Positions 31,474-41,147 are shown, numbered from the stretch's first letter. The stretch is 64,000 bases of DNA from an uncultured Acidimicrobiia bacterium (GCA_963836205.1 CAWIIV010000024.1:1-64000), one strand, 5' to 3'. Notes: generated from the sequence alone by a model not told the origin. Numbers and translations are program-made.

Positions 31474-32349
31474 ATGCGGACGATGTTCAGGACCGCGGAG
31501 GCTATGGCTGGCGGCCTGACTCCCAGCGGGTTGCGGTGGGGCGAGGCCAAAGGGCGGTGGCGGCGAGTGTGCCACGGCGTCTACGTCGTTGGCTCGGACG
31601 ACCCGACTGATCTTGAACGGGCGGTCGCCGAGGTGCTGCCGACCAACGCGGTGGCGAGCGGCGGGCTCGCCGGCGTACTCCACGGGCTCGACGGTGTCGG
31701 CTTGGACGGCCGTCCCGTCCGTCGGCGGTCGCTTCCCGCCGAGCGCGTCGTCGTGGTCGACGGCATCCGGTGCACCGACGGGCTGCAGACATTGATCGAC
31801 CTCGCCGGGTGCCTCGACGACCTCGTGTGGGAGCAGGCGCTCGAGTCGGCATTGCGCAGGAAGCTGCTTTCGGTGGCCGACCTCGAGCGGGTGCTGCCGG
31901 CGTTGGGGCAGGCTCGGGTTCCGGGCACGGGTCGCATCCGCCGGGTGCTCAACCTGCGGCCGGACGGGGCGCCGCCCACCGGGAGCCTGCTGGAGACGCT
32001 CATGATCCAGCTGGCCAGGACCGTGCCCGGGCTGGGGGAGCCGGTGCGGCAGCTACAGGTCGGCTCCATGTTCCTCGACCAGTCCTGGCCCGAGATCGGG
32101 CTCTTCATCGAGCTCGATGGCGAGCAGCACCTCGGTCAGCCGGCGTACGACGCCCGTCGGGAGACCGCCATCGTGGCCGCCACCGGCTGGCTGTGCGGGC
32201 GCTTCACCTGGACGGAGGTGGTCCGGGTGCCGCTTTCCACCGCTCGCCGGCTGGGCGAGTTGGCCTACCAGGCCAAGCGCCGCCCGATCGAGCCGCGACC
32301 CACGACGATTCCGGTGCACGAAACGATTCACGCGCCGATATCGCCGTGA
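31474..32349 (+). CDS. AbiEi-like N-terminal domain plus DUF559/Vsr-like PD-(D/E)xK nuclease
   Basis: LR.....G.W.RV..GVY; A..LHGL; VDGI..T...T..DLA; C-terminal S.LE, P..Q, D..WP.....IELDG..H, D..R......GW...RFTW. Confidence 0.85.
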   Translation: MRTMFRTAEAMAGGLTPSGLRWGEAKGRWRRVCHGVYVVGSDDPTDLERAVAEVLPTNAVASGGLAGVLHGLDGVGLDGRPVRRRSLPAERVVVVDGIRCTDGLQTLIDLAGCLDDLVWEQALESALRRKLLSVADLERVLPALGQARVPGTGRIRRVLNLRPDGAPPTGSLLETLMIQLARTVPGLGEPVRQLQVGSMFLDQSWPEIGLFIELDGEQHLGQPAYDARRETAIVAATGWLCGRFTWTEVVRVPLSTARRLGELAYQAKRRPIEPRPTTIPVHETIHAPISP

Positions 32350-32678
32350 TTCGGCGCAAAATCGCCCGATTCATGACCATTTGGCCGAATCGAACGGCGA
32401 ACGTCGTTTCGTGCGCCGAAATCGTCGTGGCCGAGGTCGGGCTCACGACGCTCAGGGCGCACGGAACACATCGTGCGCCGAAATTGTCGTGTTCGGGGCC
32501 AGACACCACGACGCTCCGGGCGCACGGAATACTTCGTGCGCCGAAGCGTCGCGGCAGGGGCCGAGACCCCGATACTCGGCGCGTACGGAATACTTCAGGC
32601 GCCGAAATCGTCGTGTTCGGGGCCAGACACCACGACGCTCTGGGCGCACGGAACACGTCGTGCGCCGAAATCGTCGTG
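32301..32678. repeat. Array of 48-bp imperfect palindromes, period 61-63 bp
   Basis: Consensus CACGACGCTC.GGGCGCACGGAA.AC.TCGTGCGCCGAAATCGTCGTG. Copies at 32301-32348 (diverged, overlaps the stop), 32409-32429 (half), 32444-32491, 32507-32553, 32568-32615 and 32631-32678. Linkers are 14-15 bp, two of them identical (TTCGGGGCCAGACAC). Confidence 0.93.
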
Positions 32679-32861
32679 GCCGGGCGCGACGGCGTAACGC
32701 TTGGGCCCAACCAACGATTGACGATCGCAGATTATGGTGATGCGGCCCAACTCGCCCCGTTCACGGCGATCTGGCGGATCGAACGGCTACCGGCGGCAAG
32801 AGGCAGGCGGTCGTCGATGTACCGGCCGGGGGCGGCGGTATGGCCGCGATCCCCGCGTGGG

Positions 32862-33410
32862 TCAGGCGGCTCGGTAGAAGTAGTAGTCGGCGGTGTAGAA
32901 GACGGCGGTCGACGCGCCGACGTGGGCCGCGTCGCAGCCGGTGGCGGGGGCGACTCCGCCGGTGGTGTTGATCCGCTGGAGGTACGTCGTGGCGCCGAGG
33001 GTCGGCCCGGGGACGGTCGGCGTGGCCTTGAGCAGGAGCCAGGGGATGGCGTTGGGGATCGGCGCGGGCACGCCGTCGACCCGGGCCCCGACCACCGTGC
33101 TCCCGTCGAGCGCCCGCCAGCTCGGCCCCGCGTAGTGCCAGACGATCAGACGTCCGGAGTCGTCCCTGAGGACGGCCGCCGGCGCCACGAGCGTCCACGC
33201 GTAGCTCTCACCGGCGGGCTGGCAGCGGTAGATCTGGGTGCCCTGGGCGTGGGCGACGAGGAACAGCACGTTGCCCTGCGGGACCGCGATGGCGGGCGGG
33301 ACGGACGGGGGCGTGAGTCCGTACGCCACCGAGCTCAGCACCGCAACCCACAGCATGGCCAGGCCGGCCATCACGCCCACTCGGCCCGGCCGACTCACCC
33401 GCTCGCCCAT
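32862..33410 (-). CDS. DUF3455 secreted protein
   Basis: Signal peptide; A.G.QIY.C, W....P.A.L, HY.GP.W...DGS, AIPWLLL, Y.QR.NT.GG.AP, Y.ADY.FY; RBS GAGGAGG. Confidence 0.9.
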   Translation of the reverse strand: MGERVSRPGRVGVMAGLAMLWVAVLSSVAYGLTPPSVPPAIAVPQGNVLFLVAHAQGTQIYRCQPAGESYAWTLVAPAAVLRDDSGRLIVWHYAGPSWRALDGSTVVGARVDGVPAPIPNAIPWLLLKATPTVPGPTLGATTYLQRINTTGGVAPATGCDAAHVGASTAVFYTADYYFYRAA

Positions 33411-33484
33411 CGCCAACCTCCTCGCCACTCGTCCGTCACGCCATCGGCCGTGATCGTAACGGCGCCGCCCGCCGTCCGCCCGCG

Positions 33485-34636
33485 TCAGGCGAACCGGACT
33501 TGTCGCGATCCGGCCACGATCTCGCCGATCACGACCGGCGACACGCCGTTGGCGGCGAGGATGGCCAGGGCGCCGGCCACGTCGGCGGGGGACACGATGG
33601 CCACCATCCCGATGCCCAGGTTGAAGACGGCGGCCATCTCCTCGGTGGAGATCGGCCCCAGCTGCCGGAGTTGGTTGAAGATCTCGGGGACGTCCCACCT
33701 GTCCCGGTCGAGCACGGCGTCGACGTGGTCGGGCAGGACGCGGGGGATGTTGCCCGGCAGGCCGCCGCCGGTGATGTGGGCCAGCGCCCGCACCGTCACC
33801 TGGCGGCACAGGTCGACCAGGGCGGGCGTGTAGATCACCGACGGGCGCAGCAGCTCGTCGGCCAGGGTGTGGCCGGCGCCGGGCCAGGCCGGGCCGTCGA
33901 GGGTGAGCCCCGCCTGGTCGAACAGCACCCGGCGGGCCAGCGAGTACCCGTTGCTGCGCAGCCCGGGTGAAGGCAACCCGATGATGCGGTCGCCCGGCTG
34001 GACGTCGTCGCCCGTGACCAGGCGCGACCGCTCGACGACCCCCACGCCGAAGCCCACCAGGTCGAACGCACCCTCCTCCAGCATCCCGGGCACCTCGGCC
34101 ATCTCGCCCCCGACGAGGGCGCATCCCGCCTGGCGGCACCCGTCGACGATGCCTCCGATCAGGATCTCGATCTCGTCCGGCTTCAACCGCCCGACGGAGA
34201 TGCAGTCGAGGAAGAACAGAGGCTCCGCGCCTTGGGCCGCGATGTCGTCGACGACCATGGCCACCAGGTCGATGCCGATGGTGTCGAGGCGGCCGGCCTG
34301 GCGGGCCACCAGCGCCTTGGTGCCGACGCCGTCGGTGGACGAGACCAGCACCGGGCTGCGGTATTTGGTCGGGTCGAAGGCGAACAGCCCTCCGAAGCCG
34401 CCGATGTCGCTGATGACCTCGGGCCGGAACGTGGATCGGACCAGGCGCTTGATGCGCTCCACGGCCGCTTCGCCGGCGGAGATGTCGACGCCCGCAGCGG
34501 CGTAGGTGGCGGAAGCGGCCGTCCCCGCCCCATCGGGCGACGGCACCCCCGGAGCGCCGCCGGGCGGATCGTCGAAGGGGCTCAGCTTGGCTGTTGGTGC
34601 TGGTGCCGGGTCCGGCGGGCGGGGCCCGTCAGCCAC
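33485..34636 (-). CDS. purM: Phosphoribosylformylglycinamidine cyclo-ligase (AIR synthetase)
   Basis: Y..AGVDI..G, GGFGG.F, STDGVGTK, GAEPLFFLD, GGE.AE, SNGYSL, HITGGG..GN, FN.GIG. Confidence 0.97.
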   Translation of the reverse strand: MADGPRPPDPAPAPTAKLSPFDDPPGGAPGVPSPDGAGTAASATYAAAGVDISAGEAAVERIKRLVRSTFRPEVISDIGGFGGLFAFDPTKYRSPVLVSSTDGVGTKALVARQAGRLDTIGIDLVAMVVDDIAAQGAEPLFFLDCISVGRLKPDEIEILIGGIVDGCRQAGCALVGGEMAEVPGMLEEGAFDLVGFGVGVVERSRLVTGDDVQPGDRIIGLPSPGLRSNGYSLARRVLFDQAGLTLDGPAWPGAGHTLADELLRPSVIYTPALVDLCRQVTVRALAHITGGGLPGNIPRVLPDHVDAVLDRDRWDVPEIFNQLRQLGPISTEEMAAVFNLGIGMVAIVSPADVAGALAILAANGVSPVVIGEIVAGSRQVRFA

Positions 34637-36161
34637 GGGGACCGACGAGGTCGACGCCGGGCAGCTCCTCGCCGCGGGTCGTCGGCATCCCGGGCACCTC
34701 GACCGGGTAGACGCCGGTGAGGCAGGCGGTGCAGAAGCCCGACCGGGGCGAGCCGGTGGCCGTCATCAGGGCGTCGAGCTCGAGGTAGGCGAGGGTGTCG
34801 CAGCCCAGGTAGTCGCGGACCTCGTCGATGGTCCTGTCGGCGGCCAGCAGCTCGGAGCGCACGCCCGTGTCCATGCCGAAGTGGCACGGCCAGCGGTAGG
34901 GCGGCGACGAGATCCGCAGGTGGACCTCGGCTGCTCCCGCCTCCCGCAGCATGGCCACCAGTGCCCGCATGGTGGTGCCCCGGACGATGGAGTCCTCCAC
35001 CACCACCAGCCGCTTGCCCTCGATGTTCTCCCGGATGGGGTTGAGCTTGACCCGGACGTTGGCGCTGCGCTGGGCCTGGGCGGGGGCGATGAACGTGCGC
35101 CCCACGTAGCGGTTGCGCACCAGGCCGTGTCCGAAAGGGATGCCGCTCCGGCGGGCGTAGCCCTCGGCTGCGGGGATGCCCGACTCGGGCACCGGCATCA
35201 CCATCGCCTCCCGGGCCAGGATCTGGGTGTCGGGCGGGAGGGGGGCCTGGTCGGCCAGGTGCTCGCCCATGCGCTGGCGGGCGGTGTGCACCGTCTGGCC
35301 GTAGAGGCGGCTGTCGGGCCGGGCGAAGTAGACAAATTCGAACAGGCACAGCTTGGGGTCGATGCGCTCGGGGTCGAACGGCCACAGCGAACGGGTGCCG
35401 CTGGCGTCGATCACGACCATCTCGCCCGGGTCGAGCTCGCGGACGAACTGGGCGCCGACGATGTCGAGGGCGGGCGTCTCCGAGGCCAGCACCCACCCGG
35501 AGCCGAGCGAGCCCAGGCACAGGGGGCGGAAGCCGTTGGGGTCGCGCACGCCGATCACGTGGGAGTCGTCCATGAGGACGAGGGAGAAGGCGCCCTGGAG
35601 CTTGGGCAGCACCTCCTGGAGGGCCCGCTCGAGGTCGCGGCCGTCGCTGCGCCCGGGCCCGGCGGTGCACATGGCGACGTTGATGAGCTCGGCCACCAGG
35701 TCGCTGTCGTTGCCGACGGTGCCTGGGAGGACGCCGGCCTCGGCCGCCAGCTTGTCGGTGCCGACCAGGTTGCCGTTGTGGCCGAGGGCGATGCCGGCGT
35801 CGCCGACGTTGCGGTAGCAGGGCTGGGCGTTGCCCCACGTGCTCGACCCGGTGGTGGAGTAGCGGACGTGGCCGATGGCCAGGTGTCCCTGGAGGGGAGC
35901 CAGCTTGCGCTCGTCGAAGGCGTGGGCGACCAGGCCCATGTCCTTGACCACGGTGATGGTGTCGCCGTCGCTGACCGCCATGCCGGCCGACTCCTGGCCC
36001 CGGTGCTGGAGGGCGTAGAGGCCGAGGTACGTCAGCTGGGCGACGACGTGCCCGGGGGCGTAGATCCCGAAGACCCCGCACGCCTCCTTGGGATGCTCGA
36101 CCTCGACCTCGCCGGTCACGACGTCACAGCCGACGGCACCCGACAACCCGTCTTGCTGCAC
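34629..36161 (-). CDS. purF: Amidophosphoribosyltransferase
   Basis: Propeptide then CGVFG; LQHRGQESAG, GHVRYSTTG, HNGNL, VPESG, EDSIVRGTT, C.FG.D, FC.AC.TG.YP (Fe-S type). Confidence 0.97.
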   Translation of the reverse strand: MQQDGLSGAVGCDVVTGEVEVEHPKEACGVFGIYAPGHVVAQLTYLGLYALQHRGQESAGMAVSDGDTITVVKDMGLVAHAFDERKLAPLQGHLAIGHVRYSTTGSSTWGNAQPCYRNVGDAGIALGHNGNLVGTDKLAAEAGVLPGTVGNDSDLVAELINVAMCTAGPGRSDGRDLERALQEVLPKLQGAFSLVLMDDSHVIGVRDPNGFRPLCLGSLGSGWVLASETPALDIVGAQFVRELDPGEMVVIDASGTRSLWPFDPERIDPKLCLFEFVYFARPDSRLYGQTVHTARQRMGEHLADQAPLPPDTQILAREAMVMPVPESGIPAAEGYARRSGIPFGHGLVRNRYVGRTFIAPAQAQRSANVRVKLNPIRENIEGKRLVVVEDSIVRGTTMRALVAMLREAGAAEVHLRISSPPYRWPCHFGMDTGVRSELLAADRTIDEVRDYLGCDTLAYLELDALMTATGSPRSGFCTACLTGVYPVEVPGMPTTRGEELPGVDLVGPRG

Positions 36162-36187
36162 GCTCCATCTTCGCGCGGCGATCAGCC

Positions 36188-37335
36188 CTACTTTCCGAGG
36201 AGGTCGGTGACGGCACCGAGGGTGTCGTCGACCACGTCGGTGACGACGGGCACGGCCGCGTCGACCACCTCGGCGACCGGTTCGATCACCGGGGCGGCGA
36301 CGGAGTCGAGCGGGGCGGCGACGGCACCGGGGTCGGCGGTGACGGCGGCGGGCCCGGCGGCAGGCCCGGTGGTGGCGACGGGGGCTTGCGCGGGGCCGAC
36401 TGCGACCCTCCCGGCCGGTCCGCCAGCGGCGACCGTGCTGCCGGCCGGGGCCGCGGCGCCGGCGCCGATGCCGGTGCCGACGCCGGCCGGGCCGGGAGCG
36501 GCGGAGGGACCGGTCGGGGCGCCCGCCGGGACGGGCGTGGGGGCGGCGACGACCACGGCCGGTGGCCGGGCGGACGGGACGTGGGCCGGCTCCGGGGCCG
36601 TCGCGGGGCCGGCGCCGGAGATGGCCACGGCCACGCTCATGACCGCCCCGGCGACGCCACTGGCCACGGGGGCGACCAGGTCGCGGCCCGCTTCGGCGGC
36701 CGCCGACACCCCCCCGAGGAGGCGGGTGGAGCCGATGGACAGGACGGCCAGGATCGCGGCCGCGGCGCGGGCGCTGGTGGCGGTGGCGGTGGACCCGCCC
36801 TCACCCGCCACCCGTTGGTAGGCGAGGGCGAGCTTGCGCCGGCCCCGCAGGATGAGGGAGTCGACCGCGCCGACCGAGAGTCCGAGGTCGTCGGCGATCT
36901 CGCTCGGCCCCGTCCCCTGGGCCCGGGCGGTGACCGCCTGGCGCTGGCGGGGGGGAGGCTGTCGAGGGCCCGGCGGACCTGCATGGTGCGCTCACGGTCG
37001 AAGAGCGAGTCGTGGGGCTCGGTGCCGTCGGCGTGGTCCTCCGACATCGGCCGCTCCGTCGGCACCACCCGGGATCGGGCCCGGAGGGCGTCGACGCACA
37101 TGTGGCGGGCGATGATCTGCACCCATCCGCCGAACTGGCGCTCGCCCCGGCACTGCTCGATGCGCTCGAGGGCCCGCACGAAGGCGCCCTGGGCGATCTC
37201 CTCCGCCTCCAGGGAGCAGGCCAGGCGCCGGGCGCAGGCCCGCTGGACGGCGGGGTAGTGGCGGCGGAACAGCTCGCTGTAGGCCTGGAGGTCGCCCGCC
37301 TGGACAGCCCGCACGAGGGAGCTGTCGCTTTCCAT
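36188..37335 (-). CDS. ECF sigma factor with C-terminal TM and Ala/Pro-rich extension (frameshift in G run near 36950)
   Basis: Sigma2: D..LV...Q.GD..AY.ELFRRH...AEEIAQ.AF.RA...F.GW...IAR..C.D. After the shift, sigma4 RQRQAV...EIA..LG.S..AV.SL..R.RRKL reads in frame with ORF 36188..36811. Confidence 0.82.
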
Positions 37336-37425
37336 CTCTCCTGCCGGAATGGCCACAGAAGCTCCCCTGAGCAGAGACGCCGTCAGCCGGGAGGGCTACC
37401 CGGCCACCTGCCCACCGGTCGAACC

Positions 37426-39687
37426 TTAGCCCACCAGTCCCGCCAGCCGGCCCGGCAGGACGGCCCGCCAGGAAGCGTTCACCTGGTCGAGCGGGAGATC
37501 GACCAGGCCCTCGACCACCAACCGATCGCCGCCCGCCCGGCCCAGGCGGCCGACGGAGAGCCGGGCCTCGGCCGTGCGCTCGACGAGGGCGGCGACGTCG
37601 CCGTCGGCCACGCACAGGACGACCCGGGAGGGGGCTTCGGAGAACAACGCGCCGTGGGTCCCGACCCCGGTCACCTGGAAGCCGACGCCCGAGGCGATCG
37701 CCATCTCGGCCAGGGTCACCCCCAACCCGCCGTCGGAGACATCGTGGACACCCGCCACCAGACCTGCGCCCACCAGCTCCCGGACGAGCGTGCACAGGCG
37801 GGCGTGGGCCTCGAGGTCGAGGTCGGGCAGCCGTCCCCCGAGATGGCCCCGGATGGCGGCCCACCGCGAACCGCCCAGGCCGGTGGCGGCGGACGGGTGA
37901 CCTGCGCTCAGGAGGAAGACGTCGTGGCCGTCGACCAGCCCCACACCCGGCGGGCGGCGGTCGAGGACGTCGATCAGCCCCACCGTGCCCACCACCGGCG
38001 TGGGGTGGATGTCGCGGCCGCCCGACTCGTTGTAGAGGCTGACGTTGCCCCCGACGACCGGGAGCGAGAGGGCCAGGCACGCCTCGGCCATCCCGTCGAT
38101 GGCCTCCGACAGCTGCCACATGACCTCGGGGTGCTCGGGGTTGCCGAAGTTGAGGTTGTCGACCAGGGCCAGGGGTCGGGCTCCCACGCAGGCCAGGTTG
38201 AGGGCGGCCTCGGCCACCACCAGGGCCGTCCCCCGGCGGGGGTCGAGGTCGCACCAGCGGCTGTTGCTGTCGGCGCTGACCGCGATCCCCTTGCCGGTGA
38301 CCGGGAGCCCGGGGGCCTTGAGCCGCAGGACGGTGGCATCGCCGCCCGGCCCCTCGACCGTGTTGAGGAACAGCTGGTGGTCGTACTGCGACCACACGGC
38401 CGACGTGTCGGCCAGCATGGCCAGCAGGTCGGGGCCGCAGTCGTTGCCCGCGGGCGCCGGCAGGCGGGACGGGTCGTCGGCCTGGCGGGCGGCCCGGTCG
38501 GCCGGCTCCCGCAGGGGGCGGTGGTACTTGGGGGCGCCCTGTTCGAGGGAGTGGGCGGGCACGTCGGCCAGGACCTCGGCGTCCGGGCCCGGCCCGTCGA
38601 GGATGCGCAGCTTGCCGGTGTCGGTGACGGTGCCGATCACCGTGGCCCGCACCTCCCACCGCCGGCACAGGCGCAGGACGGCGTCGAGGTCGCCGGGGGC
38701 GACGATGGCAAGCATCCGCTCCTGGGACTCGCTGGTCATGATCTCGGCCGGCACCATCCCGGTCATGCGCAGGGGGATGGTGCGCAGGTCGACGTCCATC
38801 CCCATGCCCCCCCGGGCCGCGATCTCGCTGGTGGCGCACGTGATCCCGGCCCCGCCCAGGTCCTGGATGCCGGCCACCAGCCCGGCCTCGTACAGGGCCA
38901 GGCACGCCTCGATCAGCCGTTTCTCCTCGAAGGGGTCGCCGACCTGGACGCTGGGCCGCTTGGCCTCCTCACCCTCCCCGTCACCGCTGGCATCGAAGCC
39001 GGCGGAGGCGAGCACGCTGACCCCGCCGATGCCGTCGCGCCCGGTGGTGGACCCGATGAGCACGGCGTGGTTGCCGACTCCGGTGGCCCGGGCCAGGACG
39101 AGGTGCTCGTGGCGCAGCACGCCGACGGCCATGACGTTGACCAGGGGGTTGTCGGCGAAGCAGTCGGCGAAGGCCAGCTCGCCGCCGACGGTGGGCACGC
39201 CGACCGAGTTGCCATAGCCGGAGATCCCGCTGACCACGCCCTCGGCGACCCACCGGCTGTGGGCGTTCTCCAGGGGGCCGAAGTGGAGGGAGTCGAGCAG
39301 GGCGATGGGCCGGGCGCCCATGGTGAAGATGTCGCGCAGGATGCCGCCCACACCCGTGGCCGCCCCCTGGTAGGGCTCGATGGCGGACGGATGGTTGTGG
39401 CTCTCGATGCGCACCGCCACCGCCACCCCGTCGCCGCAGTCGACGACGCCGGCGTTCTCGCCGGGGCCGACCATCACCCACGGGGCCTCCGACGGCAGCC
39501 GGCCGAGGTGGGCGCGGGACGACTTGTAGGAACAATGCTCCGACCACATCACCGCGTACATGGCCAGCTCGAGCTCATTGGGAGCGCGGCCGAGAATCTC
39601 CTCGATACGGTTCGCTTCGTCGTCGGTGAGGCCCAGGGCGCGGTGCAATGGGGCGGTCGGCGGGGCGGCGGAGGGGTCCTGAGCCAT
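37426..39687 (-). CDS. purL: Phosphoribosylformylglycinamidine synthase subunit PurL
   Basis: MWSEHCSYKSS, GENAG, ESHNHPS..EPYQGAATGVGGI.RDI, QDLG.AG, SESQERM, GGNVSLYN, HDVSDGG. Confidence 0.98.
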   Translation of the reverse strand: MAQDPSAAPPTAPLHRALGLTDDEANRIEEILGRAPNELELAMYAVMWSEHCSYKSSRAHLGRLPSEAPWVMVGPGENAGVVDCGDGVAVAVRIESHNHPSAIEPYQGAATGVGGILRDIFTMGARPIALLDSLHFGPLENAHSRWVAEGVVSGISGYGNSVGVPTVGGELAFADCFADNPLVNVMAVGVLRHEHLVLARATGVGNHAVLIGSTTGRDGIGGVSVLASAGFDASGDGEGEEAKRPSVQVGDPFEEKRLIEACLALYEAGLVAGIQDLGGAGITCATSEIAARGGMGMDVDLRTIPLRMTGMVPAEIMTSESQERMLAIVAPGDLDAVLRLCRRWEVRATVIGTVTDTGKLRILDGPGPDAEVLADVPAHSLEQGAPKYHRPLREPADRAARQADDPSRLPAPAGNDCGPDLLAMLADTSAVWSQYDHQLFLNTVEGPGGDATVLRLKAPGLPVTGKGIAVSADSNSRWCDLDPRRGTALVVAEAALNLACVGARPLALVDNLNFGNPEHPEVMWQLSEAIDGMAEACLALSLPVVGGNVSLYNESGGRDIHPTPVVGTVGLIDVLDRRPPGVGLVDGHDVFLLSAGHPSAATGLGGSRWAAIRGHLGGRLPDLDLEAHARLCTLVRELVGAGLVAGVHDVSDGGLGVTLAEMAIASGVGFQVTGVGTHGALFSEAPSRVVLCVADGDVAALVERTAEARLSVGRLGRAGGDRLVVEGLVDLPLDQVNASWRAVLPGRLAGLVG

Positions 39688-39738
39688 GGTCGTACGCTAT
39701 CGACTGGCCGGAACAGCGAAATAGCTTGCCAACAGAAG

Positions 39739-39767
39739 TTGAAATCCGGTTGCGAACGCGCCACAAT
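39739..39767 (+). promoter_or_regulatory. Sigma70-type promoter for a leaderless transcript
   Basis: TTGAAA-17 nt-CACAAT, ending 7 nt before ATG 39775. On the opposite strand, TAGCGT lies 6 nt before the purL ATG. Confidence 0.6.
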
Positions 39768-39774
39768 GGGACAA

Positions 39775-40197
39775 ATGGCTACCGAAGCGAAACGATCCAG
39801 AGCTCCGATGTCCGACAGCCACAAGGCGGCGTTGGCCGAGGGACGTGAGCAAGGTAGAGCGGTGCGGCGTTATCTCGAAGCGCTGGAGGCTCATCGGCCG
39901 AAGCGTGGGCGCAAGCGCACGCAGGAGTCGGTGGAGCGGCGGCTCGCAGCCATCGACGAGAAGCTCAACGACGCTGATCCCCTCACCCGGCTCCACCTCT
40001 CCCAGGAGCGAATGAACCTCCAGGCCGAGCTGTCCTCCACCGACAATGCCGTCGATCTCGGGGCGTTGGAAGAGGAGTTTGTGGTGGCCGCGTCCGAGTA
40101 CGGGAAGCGCAAGGGCATCACGTACGCGGCCTGGCGGCAGGCGGGGGTCGACCCCGGTGTCCTGCGGCGGGCCGGCATCAAGCGGGGCGCCGAGTAG
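39775..40197 (+). CDS. Basic helical hypothetical protein, possible DNA-binding/nucleoid protein
   Basis: MSDSHKAALAEGR..GRAVRRYLEAL...RPKRGRKRT...coiled coil...Y..RKGI.Y.AWR..GV...VL..AGI; has its own promoter. Confidence 0.8.
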   Translation: MATEAKRSRAPMSDSHKAALAEGREQGRAVRRYLEALEAHRPKRGRKRTQESVERRLAAIDEKLNDADPLTRLHLSQERMNLQAELSSTDNAVDLGALEEEFVVAASEYGKRKGITYAAWRQAGVDPGVLRRAGIKRGAE

Positions 40198-40876
40198 CCA
40201 CGGGGGACGCAGCCAGCCGTTCCCCGTACCCCAGAACACTGTCGAGGAGCGGCCGTCCGTCGGCGGACCCGAGCAGGATGTCGCACGCCCTTTCTGGGTG
40301 CGGCATCAAGCCGCATACATTCCGTCCCTCGGAACAGATGCCCGCGATGTCGTCGACCGACCCGTTGGGGTTGTCGAGATAGCGCAGGATGACCCGGTCG
40401 TCGGCCTGCAATTGGGCCAGCACGTCGGGGGGACAGGTGTAATTGCCCTCAAAGTGGTTGATCGGCAGGCGGAGGACGGCGCCCACTGTGGCGCGCCCGG
40501 TAAGGGCTGATTCGGTGCTCTCGACCCGGACCCCCACGGTTGTGCACAAGAACTTCAGTCCCCGGTTCTTCTGGAGGGCACCTGGAAGCAGTCCTGCTTC
40601 CGTGAGCACTTGGAAGCCGTTGCAGATGCCCACCACCGGGCCTCCGGCGTTGGCGAATTCCACCACCGCCTCCATGATCGGACTGAAGCGGGCGATCGCT
40701 CCCGGTCGGAGGTAGTCGCCGTGGGCGAACCCCCCCGGCAACACCACCGCATCCACGTCGCCGAGCGTGTGATCGCCGTGCCACACCAGCTCGGCCCCAC
40801 CCCCCAGGAGGGTGACGGCCTCGACCACGTCGTGCTCGCAGTTCGAGCCCGGGAACACGACGACCCCAACCTTCAT
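40178..40876 (-). CDS. purQ: Phosphoribosylformylglycinamidine synthase glutaminase subunit
   Basis: FPGSNC, PGGF..GDYLR.G, GICNGFQ.L, NPNGS, G.MPHPER. Confidence 0.97.
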   Translation of the reverse strand: MKVGVVVFPGSNCEHDVVEAVTLLGGGAELVWHGDHTLGDVDAVVLPGGFAHGDYLRPGAIARFSPIMEAVVEFANAGGPVVGICNGFQVLTEAGLLPGALQKNRGLKFLCTTVGVRVESTESALTGRATVGAVLRLPINHFEGNYTCPPDVLAQLQADDRVILRYLDNPNGSVDDIAGICSEGRNVCGLMPHPERACDILLGSADGRPLLDSVLGYGERLAASPVATRRPA

Positions 40877-40886
40877 GGCCCGACCC

Positions 40887-41147
40887 TCATCCGGCTCCCG
40901 ATCCGATGGTGATGGCGGCGTCCTCGATGACGGGGTTGGTGAGGAAGCGCCGGCACAGGTCCTCCACCCGGGCCCGGGCCGCGGGCTCGTCGGACGCCTC
41001 CACCGTGAGCCGTATGGCCTTTCCCACCCGCACGCCGGCCACCTCGCCGAATCCGAGGGCGGGCAGGGCTCGTTCGATGGTGGCGCCCTGAGGGTCGGCC
41101 ACATCGGGTCGGAGGGTCACTTCGATGAGCACGGGAAACGAGGTCAT
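40887..41147 (-). CDS. purS: Phosphoribosylformylglycinamidine synthase subunit PurS
   Basis: DPQG.TI..AL..LG, VRVGK, L.NPVIE. Confidence 0.95.
   Translation of the reverse strand: MTSFPVLIEVTLRPDVADPQGATIERALPALGFGEVAGVRVGKAIRLTVEASDEPAARARVEDLCRRFLTNPVIEDAAITIGSGAG

Noticed and set aside
31474-32349. Complete AbiE type IV toxin-antitoxin system
   Set aside because: No AbiEii nucleotidyltransferase gene is adjacent on either side.
32301-32678. CRISPR array
   Set aside because: Linkers are only 14-15 bp and two are identical, units are 48 bp and degenerate, and there are no cas genes or AT-rich leader.
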